Below, piece by piece: positions 56,901-64,000 of a stretch of DNA of 64,000 nt. A program made the position numbers and the translations under genes. The stretch covers positions 248,001-312,000 of the forward strand of contig OW569347.1 in assembly GCA_937625935.1 (NCBI GenBank). Direction: 5' to 3'. Under the pieces are notes generated by a model. That model was given only the letters and a program-made list of their open reading frames with translations. It was not told the origin of the DNA and searched no databases. The stretch's first letter is position 1; the number at the start of each line of letters is the position of its first letter. This DNA comes from Tetramitus jugosus (Eukaryota; Protista; Heterolobosea).

Positions 56901-59165
56901 AGACCATTCTAGCTGTAAACCTGCGATTGGTTCGTTTGAAATTGACATATCCTGATCAAATGCATCAATTTGGAATCTCTTCATGCGACTTATTGGTACT
57001 AGAGAGCCATTCACGATACCATTACCGAGGAAAATGTTGTATCTACACTCAGTGTTCGATGGATTCGAACAAACAGAGCAACTAGCCGTTCCAGAGTATT
57101 GATATTCCGTTGTAATTGATATATTCTTCTGACCCACAACAACTGATTGAAGCGTGGCCACGATTGTATAACTGCCATGATGGAGCTTTGCAATAGAGGG
57201 AGCAAAGGGTGAAGAAACTGTTGATATGGTTTCCTTCTCTACTGTTTTGTTGTTTTGCATTACTGACCATGTGACATTTTGCAAGGAGATTGATAGAGAG
57301 AACGAAACATCAAGGAAAAAACGGGGAACCCGACACGACACAACAGTTCCCTGATTTTCAGGTCGAATCGTCGCGGATGGTGCACTTTGGCTACAATCAG
57401 TCCCAAATGCTCCACCATTACACATACATGTATCGAGAGATACACAGCTACCTTTTGCTGAACAAACAATATCGGAGTGACTGGAAATACCATAACAAGT
57501 AAAGTCAGAGCAGTTTTGTCCAGAATATCCAGGGTTGCAATCACAAGTCTCATCAGCAACACAGAGTCCAACATTCGAGCAGTTACCAGTGCAGAGAGGA
57601 ACAACATCAAGTTTACCGAGTAATGCTCCTCGACCTGATAGTGACTCTGTCTTGGAATAGGTACCAGATACGATTAGAGAAGGAGCGTCGACGAGTGGAT
57701 GAATACTTCTAAGCGCCTGACCTGATTCTCCAGAGAGCTGATGAGTCCATAGAACCTTTCCTTCACTGTCGAGCATTGCGATTAGGGTTGAGAGAGAATA
57801 ACCTGCAGGGAGAGGGAAACTATCTAGCAAATCTTGATTACTCGACCAAAGAGAGATCGATGATGCGAACGATGTCACAGAGAAGTAGGCACTCGTATCT
57901 GGTCGTGCAGAAACTAATACCTGCGCCAGCGTCCCGGCAGGTGCTATACCGTCAGATAAAGCTCGGAACCACAGCACGGTGCCATTTTCGGGACTAATTT
58001 TGGAAAAAAAGGCAGAAGAAGTAGACCACACAACTGAACTATTGAGACCGAAGGGATCAGAAGTACCAAATATTCCGACCACGTAAAGTCCGTCATTATT
58101 GCTGTTGAGGGCTGTGATTATACTCGAGCTCATTTTTCCATAAGATTGGCGCCATATGAGCGTCTTTGAGGGAGAGAGCCTTTCATAGAGTTGAACATTA
58201 TTCTTGGATTCACCCAAATCTACTGCTATCGTTCCATCTATTGTAAAAATTTGCGTAGAATATCCAGTGATCCCGACAAATACGTCATTCGTCGTACTGT
58301 CAAGGGAGAGTCCTCCTGGTTTGCAAAAGTAATCTGCGAGATAGTGTCTTTTCCATAAAAGAGACCCATTCTTGAGCGCTATCAGTATGGTTTGGGCGCC
58401 ATTCGAGCAGGTGTACGACTCTCCCATAATGATCGCTGATGAATTCTTGCACTGGTATTGAGCCAATAAGTACAGCGTATTTTCTACAACTGAGTAAACG
58501 AGACTCCAACTATAAATCTTTGATTGTTCGATGTCCACCCGCGAGAAGTTGAGGACGGATAGAGCAGAATTAAACTCAATCACAACTACAGATCCAATGG
58601 TATCTTCCATTGTGAACAGTGAAGATCCTCCCACAACAAATGGACAACCCGTGGACGTGTTGCAGTACACTGAGAATGACGCAAAGATTCTAGAGCCTGA
58701 TACCTGCAAGTTCGTGTAGTAGTAGTTGGGGTTGGTATCATTCGTCAGACCCACTTGTACACGCTGCTTAGTGTCTCCATTGTCACGGTTCACCCTCGAG
58801 ATGAACACTGGTGCAGAATTCATATCGTAGGGAACTCCATCGATCTCACTTCGATCTAACGAGTCCAAGAAACCAATGATAACCAGTTCATTATTTACAA
58901 AGGGTGCAGTGTTCAATATTCCCTCTTTGATGGCCCCGTCAGAAATGGCAGAGTTTGTCATATTGGTAAACGGTTTCAAGTAATCCCACTCTATTGTCGC
59001 CCCGGACACTAACAAGTGATTATTGTGTAGATTGTTTCTCGTTTTACCTAGAAGTACAGTTGATAATTGATGAGGGAGCGACGACAGGAGCATCACACTC
59101 AAAAATAGAATGAATAGTCCCAATGTTTGGTGAGACCATATCGTGTGAACAGAGTGCGCTCTCAT
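53973..59165 (-). CDS. adhesion-type receptor: propeller-like repeats, EGF, REJ, GAIN/GPS, multi-TM, RGS
   Basis: EGF Cys repeats, ITPEEG..F..LPSG (REJ), CQYW..W..DGC..CACNHTTSF (GPS), CRKEFSLENVLLW..QLNIS (RGS). Confidence 0.88.
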   Translation of the reverse strand: MRAHSVHTIWSHQTLGLFILFLSVMLLSSLPHQLSTVLLGKTRNNLHNNHLLVSGATIEWDYLKPFTNMTNSAISDGAIKEGILNTAPFVNNELVIIGFLDSLDRSEIDGVPYDMNSAPVFISRVNRDNGDTKQRVQVGLTNDTNPNYYYTNLQVSGSRIFASFSVYCNTSTGCPFVVGGSSLFTMEDTIGSVVVIEFNSALSVLNFSRVDIEQSKIYSWSLVYSVVENTLYLLAQYQCKNSSAIIMGESYTCSNGAQTILIALKNGSLLWKRHYLADYFCKPGGLSLDSTTNDVFVGITGYSTQIFTIDGTIAVDLGESKNNVQLYERLSPSKTLIWRQSYGKMSSSIITALNSNNDGLYVVGIFGTSDPFGLNSSVVWSTSSAFFSKISPENGTVLWFRALSDGIAPAGTLAQVLVSARPDTSAYFSVTSFASSISLWSSNQDLLDSFPLPAGYSLSTLIAMLDSEGKVLWTHQLSGESGQALRSIHPLVDAPSLIVSGTYSKTESLSGRGALLGKLDVVPLCTGNCSNVGLCVADETCDCNPGYSGQNCSDFTCYGISSHSDIVCSAKGSCVSLDTCMCNGGAFGTDCSQSAPSATIRPENQGTVVSCRVPRFFLDVSFSLSISLQNVTWSVMQNNKTVEKETISTVSSPFAPSIAKLHHGSYTIVATLQSVVVGQKNISITTEYQYSGTASCSVCSNPSNTECRYNIFLGNGIVNGSLVPISRMKRFQIDAFDQDMSISNEPIAGLQLEWSTNITTKDNNILSKSSSSRSLSIFPLDATLGMNPNVLIDVTLRFKVPNMDWMTITIRISTNPSQDITPVGKTPLSITPEEGYSLRDDFNIQATNWLGSNLIYSFSYLDLFSGEYIRLGESTKSSIVTVLPSGNQTNYQLHVRVRVIDPDNGNFGLGESIIHVKPSFVGGLLTQKFNEAIESGNYTTTLTVASQIREASKIQVMENYDELKVLVSRILNYTASLFDLNPVSVEQQFLVVNMVTQNSVILSDRDKETALDIVGNVINVDQKNSSTILVTKGGFQNVVNIISNVAANGFTDRHVGNLTVQTAEDLAKLITSGLFIRDPPTTLTSDNFRLTVVIGQLSDLANSTVGTDSENDVDSFQIPYKLASDISVETITSSILVFQTNPYQIKSLGESDTASSSVIDIKFKNTDGAVIPVANLTEPLMITFNRSKARSQGACPDAKFQCQYWNEDEKQWKTDGCYWIDHETDDFISCACNHTTSFSAFVLEKGDACVAYAGIKITGIVFNSIYIFICVPLLIGLFLVMHQQPIRSRFIAPFLGIVAIIVDSVLQGWIRNALSLAKKQAASDAFSYIIILTANPLFVASLFAFLWQQIRFLMLQNIYHIMPFANKSYQQKFIHLNRVLASKLVFLTVSILVGVSTMAYFVILVGLAAHYNDIGSVDKRDVVVTVQAVSFAVMLLILSLGIVITLFIDIMYSAKQESAATSTFDDHDSEQQQIYVKKTKGLGLLKKYYIGDPLLFRTEAGIIVIAVLIILVLYSIGIATIIQDPRPKTPVMIVRTVIELIFMFVRIFAFGGFIFIVSLKNMIQKRRSSLYKPLSSASELSSKETVYDQKVLDLLRHQAGYNLVHDYCRKEFSLENVLLWKELESLRSDNLLMSTEDRKRMLYEIQEVYIENNSVRQLNISNQGKQVFLKVAKLGEPSAADAEGALAKLYGVCMMNIADTMTRLAATEAYKNYMLAKDASNELKDDFSSH

Positions 59166-59388
59166 CCTTGAAAATGATACGCTCAGAGGGTTTGATAGTT
59201 GTTGGTTTTTTCTTGCAGATACCCAACACTGACATGATCCGTTCTTGAGTGGTGCATAATCTGGCAGACCAAATTTTCTAAACGTCAACTGTCAAGCAAC
59301 ATCAGTTTTGTCGGATGATTCCAATGCGAATGGAAACTTGACGTGCGCAATCACTCGCATTTTTTTTGATCAAGAATGCCAACAATGT

Positions 59389-61255
59389 TTACGAGAGGCC
59401 ACCCCATGTGGCTGATTTTTTTGTTCCCGCACCTCCTCGGGACAAAGATGTGAGATCGAGCATGTAGGCTGGACCTGGTGAGTCTTTGCCCAGTGAGCCA
59501 AAGTCTAATCGACTTGTTTTTTTGTTTCTTGGTTTTCCCATTGAGCGAAATTCGACAGAGTTGACAACCTTTCCCACAGTCGAAGTATCTGGTGTTCCGT
59601 ATTGTCCTGGTCCGGGCACTGGATCTACAGTTTTTTTTGTAGTGTTCACAACAGCTTTGGGAATAGTAAATGTTTTCACGTCAGATGTTGGTTCTCTTCG
59701 GACATTGTACTTTGGTCCCGGGGTGTTCATCTTTGTGTTGGGTCTTATGTAGGGACCATGAGACATTTTTTCATCTGATTAGAGGTGGATGTATGAGTGC
59801 AAACAAAGTATACCAAAAGGAAACAAAGGTGTCAAGCGTGATACATACAAGCGTCGCGAGGGGCATGGCTTTTCGTTTTTGTGTTATCATCCTGAGCGCC
59901 AAAGGAGAACTTGGGTCCTGACAAGGTAGAGGGAGGAGCATATTTTGGACCAGGCGACCATTGACCTTGATTCTCAACTGATAGTTCCTTTGATAGGAAT
60001 CTGGGTCTTCTGGCCTGTGGATACACAAACTCTGTGACTTCCTTTTCTTTCCCTGTGATGGTGACCAAAGGAGACCTATCAACTTTTTCAGGGGAATAAA
60101 AAGCTGGTCCTGGTGAATGTAGTCCATAATTTTCGGTCAGTGATATTTTATCACTTATGAATCGTTTAGGAGTGGATAGTTGAGATCTTTCCATGCGGCC
60201 AAACAGAACATTTCTATGACTGTCCTTTATCTTACTAACATCTGGATGGTAAATGGGACCTGGAGTTTCAGTTCTATTTGTATTATCTACATCAAAGAGG
60301 TGAGCTATCGACAAACGAGGACAAATAGAGAAGTAATGTCTTACTTGAGCGATTCGATGTTCCGAATGAGAAAGCAGGTGTTTCTTTCCCAATTTTTGAA
60401 CCAATCTCGTGATCACCGGGACTTGGTTTTTTCTCACTCACTGGACCGTAGATAGATACTAGGACAGAATTAGCTAATATTCTTTAACTCTGAACGAACA
60501 AATTCATGCTAATATTCACTTACAGTTGCAATGTCTTGGACCTTTTGAGAAGGAGATTTTTGGACCTTGTTCAAGCATTTTATAGTTGGCATCAACATCA
60601 TACACTGGACCTGGGCTGATTACTTTGTTTAATGGTGTGTAGTGATGATAGTTTAACAACACAATTACTTACCTTTCTGAATACGGTCCTTTGAAATCCA
60701 TATCATCAGAGAACCTTTTATCATCTTCTTTTTTATAGCCGAATGTGAATGCAGGAGAATCATTTAGAAAGGTAGACTCAGTCAAAGAGGAAGTGTAGTA
60801 GCCAGGGCCTAATGGCAGTTTAAGTTAGTTAGATGATTCTGAGAAGTCAAAGCTTGTTGGTACCTACCTGGGGTTAGTTTAGTGTCTTTTACTTTTATTT
60901 CTTCATCAGCAAATCTTTTTGCTTTTGGAAAACTGATAGAGGTTTTTGATTTTAGATTGATTGGATTGTATGGTGCGGCTGGTCCAGGAGAGACACATGT
61001 TATCTGATCGAACACGGAAGAACGTGGACCCTTAGGAATCGAAACAGATTTGTGCATGATATTATTGTGTACATCGTATCCAGCATAAATGGGACCTGGA
61101 GAAGTTAGTGATTGCTTCTTCTCCTCTCTCCTCGCTTTGGCGAATGTGAACCCTGAAGCTCTTGACGGAGCCGAGCGAGCTCTCATCATATCTCCGTACA
61201 AGTTGTTCAACGAGGCTGATACATTTCTGTTATCTACTATGTGGACAAAATCCAT
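59389..61255 (-). CDS. SHIPPO/ODF3-type PGP-repeat axonemal protein, multi-exon
   Basis: Many [S/T]PGPxxY repeats across ORF fragments separated by short introns; exon boundaries not fully resolved. Confidence 0.8.
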
Positions 61256-61384
61256 GATTTGAGTGTCTTCTCTCGTTTGATCTGCAGAGCCAAGTTTTCG
61301 CGCCTAATTTCAACGCTATCGACAACCGTTTGTTGTCTACAATTTGCGCACAACCAAGGAAAAAAAAGTGCATCAACAATCAAA

Positions 61385-64000
61385 ATGACAAAGGATGTTC
61401 GGTTAGAGGTCATAGTGGAAAAACTGTTGGCCGCTTTCTCTAATCTGGATGAACAAGCAGTTTCAAGCTTTCTGCATGATCCTAGTATTCATACCCACAT
61501 TCAAGCTTTTTTGGATGGAAAGGAACCTCACAAGTTAATGTTTTCGTCATCAAAAGATCCCGATGGTACCTACTCGTTGCACTTGGAGATATCAGACAAG
61601 AGGCTAAAGATTACAGATCAAGCACTGTACATTATAAGAAAGAAGGCCGAGCCATTACCACAGAAAGATGGTCATCTTGCGGTAATATCAGGTATTTTGG
61701 ACCAACACTCTCTCGATACCTTTCAAACTGTTCTACAAGATGTATATATCCCAATTCTCAAGCAAAATCAGAAGAATTATGCAGAAAATGAGTTGGTTTT
61801 TCTGAAGGAATTCGTATCAGCCACGGAGAAATTTTCTGAAAAGCTTGGTGAGGCTATTTCGTCGAAAACTTCAACACAACTGCTCACTCCTCCCAATATC
61901 ACGAATAATACGAAATCTTTGAGGGATGGTGTTGTTGATCCAAGAACAATCAATCAATGTGAAAGTAAGTATCATTCTGGTGTAGTAGTACATTTACAAC
62001 AATTTTAACACCAAGACTGTAGATTTAATGAGGACTTGGATGCATGAAATTCAGAGCATACTGGATGAAAACTGCACAATCGGATCGGATAATGGACCAA
62101 ATTCAGAAATGGAACACTGGAAGACCAGGTTCTCAAAATTGAATGGAGTTCTTGAGGAGTTAAAGAAGGAAGAGTTCAAAGTCGTTATTTCGATTCTGAA
62201 GATATCTAATTCTGATTTGTCAAAGGAGTGGACAGCATTTGATATTCAACTAACAGACAGCATCAATGAATCAAAAGATAATGTAAAATATTTGAGTACT
62301 CTCGAAAAGTACATCGATGTTTTATATACAGGCAAACCAACACAGATCATTGATCTGCTTCCTGGTTTGATGAAAAACATTACAATGATTTTCACTCTTT
62401 CAAAATACTACAGCAACAAAGGTAATGTAGGATGACGTTTTATTCATTAATACTGTGATGCTAATAATTTGATATGAATGATAGATCGGATTGGTTCTCT
62501 ATTCACAAAGATCAGTTCACAGATGATAAATGTGTGTAAGGATGCACTTTCGTCAGAAGGTCGACTTTGGGACCAAGGACTCATTCTCATAAAAAATTTG
62601 AAGGATTGCATAAGATTGAAGGACGAATATCAAAAGTGTTATCGTTTGGAGAAGGAGAAACTTCGAAAGCAAAAAGGAAAGCAGTTCGAGTTTACTGAGC
62701 TCGAATTATTTGGAAAATTTGAATTATTTTGTAGTCGTATTCGCACACTCATTGAATTGTTTTCAACAATCGAGCAATTTAAATCGCTTCAAACGCACAA
62801 CATCGAAGGGATGGATGGACTAATCACAAAGTTTTTTGGTTATGTCGAAGATTTAAAACGAAAATCAACTAATTTATTGGATTACACCAAGAACTCATTC
62901 GACAAGGATTACATGGCTTTCAACAAGAAAATAGCACACCTCGAACAATCTCTTCAGGTCACAATCAACACAAGTTTCGAGAACATCTCCAGCAGCGAAC
63001 ATGCACTCAATCTTCTAAAGAAGTTTCAATCAATCTTGTTGAGAGAGAGTTTACAATCCGAACTCGAAAATAAGTACACCGTGATATTTCACAACTATGG
63101 ACTCCAACTTGAACATGTGCAAAAAATTTATGAAAGATTTAAGGAAGGGCCCCCTATGGTAAGAAACGCTCCTCCGGTCTCAGGAAGCATCATTTGGTGT
63201 CGGCAATTAATGAGGCGCATTGAAGACCCAATGATGAAATTCCAGCAAATTCCTACTATTATGGAGTCCAAAGAGTCGAAGAAAATTATCAAGAAGTATA
63301 ATAAGGTGCTTCGTGCATTGTTCAAATTTGAACAATTGTGGATGGATGCATGGGAGAGTACAATCGAGCAGGCGAAATCAGGACTGAAAGCTACCTTGCT
63401 GGTGAAGCTAGAGAACAAGTTCTTCGTTAATTTCGATCGAGAAATTCTACAACTGATCAGAGAGATGAAATGGTTGATGAAATTGGGTGTAGATATACCA
63501 GAAAGCGCCAAAATGGTTCTTCTGCAAGAACAGAAATTCAAATACTACAATAATCAGCTTTGGCACACACTTCGAGAATACGACCGAATTGTTCAAATGG
63601 TGAAAAGGGATACAAGAGAGTTATTGGCTCCCCATCTGATGGATTTAGAAAAGAAGTTAGAGCCGGGTAACACTCTGTTGACATGGACTTCCATGAACAT
63701 CGATGTTTATCTAAAACAAATTCATAAGGGATTATGCAAGTTCGAAGATATGGTGAAGAAAATCAATGATGTTATTGACAGCCGTGTCCAAAAGAATTTA
63801 AAATCTATTAGTAAGACTTTATTAGTTGATCTCCCAGTTGTTGAAACATTTTCTTTAGAAGAGTTTGTTGAGAGACAACATAGATTAATATCATCACACT
63901 CAAAGACAATGAACATTAAGAATATCGAAGTTGAAAAGGCTGTCAACGACATCGTACATATGGTCTCGACTTATCCTCTTGAAGATGCATCCATTCTCGT
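61385..64000 (+). CDS. axonemal dynein heavy chain, outer-arm gamma/DNAH5-8-like, 5' part
   Basis: DHC_N1 motifs GPNSEMEHWK, ESKDNVKYLSTLE, RNAPPVSGSIIWCRQL; introns near 61965-62021 and 62422-62484. Confidence 0.9.

Overview
Gene-dense eukaryotic protist DNA with short GT-AG introns (CTRAY branch points), mostly tiny intergenic gaps and CAA-rich low-complexity ORFs. The GAIN/TM/RGS receptor and flagellar genes suggest a discobid or heterolobosean (inference). It holds about 35 protein genes, including APRT, USP14, ALDH7A1, delta-tubulin, DUSP11, ERG3, NVL, NudE, REV3, a P4-ATPase and an axonemal dynein, plus tRNA-Asn(GTT) and one full-length hAT transposon. The most notable finding is an unidentified, heavily base-paired RNA of about 240 nt head-to-head with the tRNA. 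It has six hairpins, purine-rich linkers and a perfect Sm site with a 3' stem-loop, yet none of the signature motifs of known snRNAs. A second structured RNA candidate 4 kb away shares its GGAAAGG motif. Other findings: a BAH domain inside REV3; the hAT lying in a 56-nt NudE intron next to the branch point, with a TGA at transposase codon 9; a polycystin/adhesion-GPCR-RGS fusion; and head-to-head pairs of basal-body or axonemal genes with E2F-like sites. All structures and homologies were judged by eye; no searches were run.
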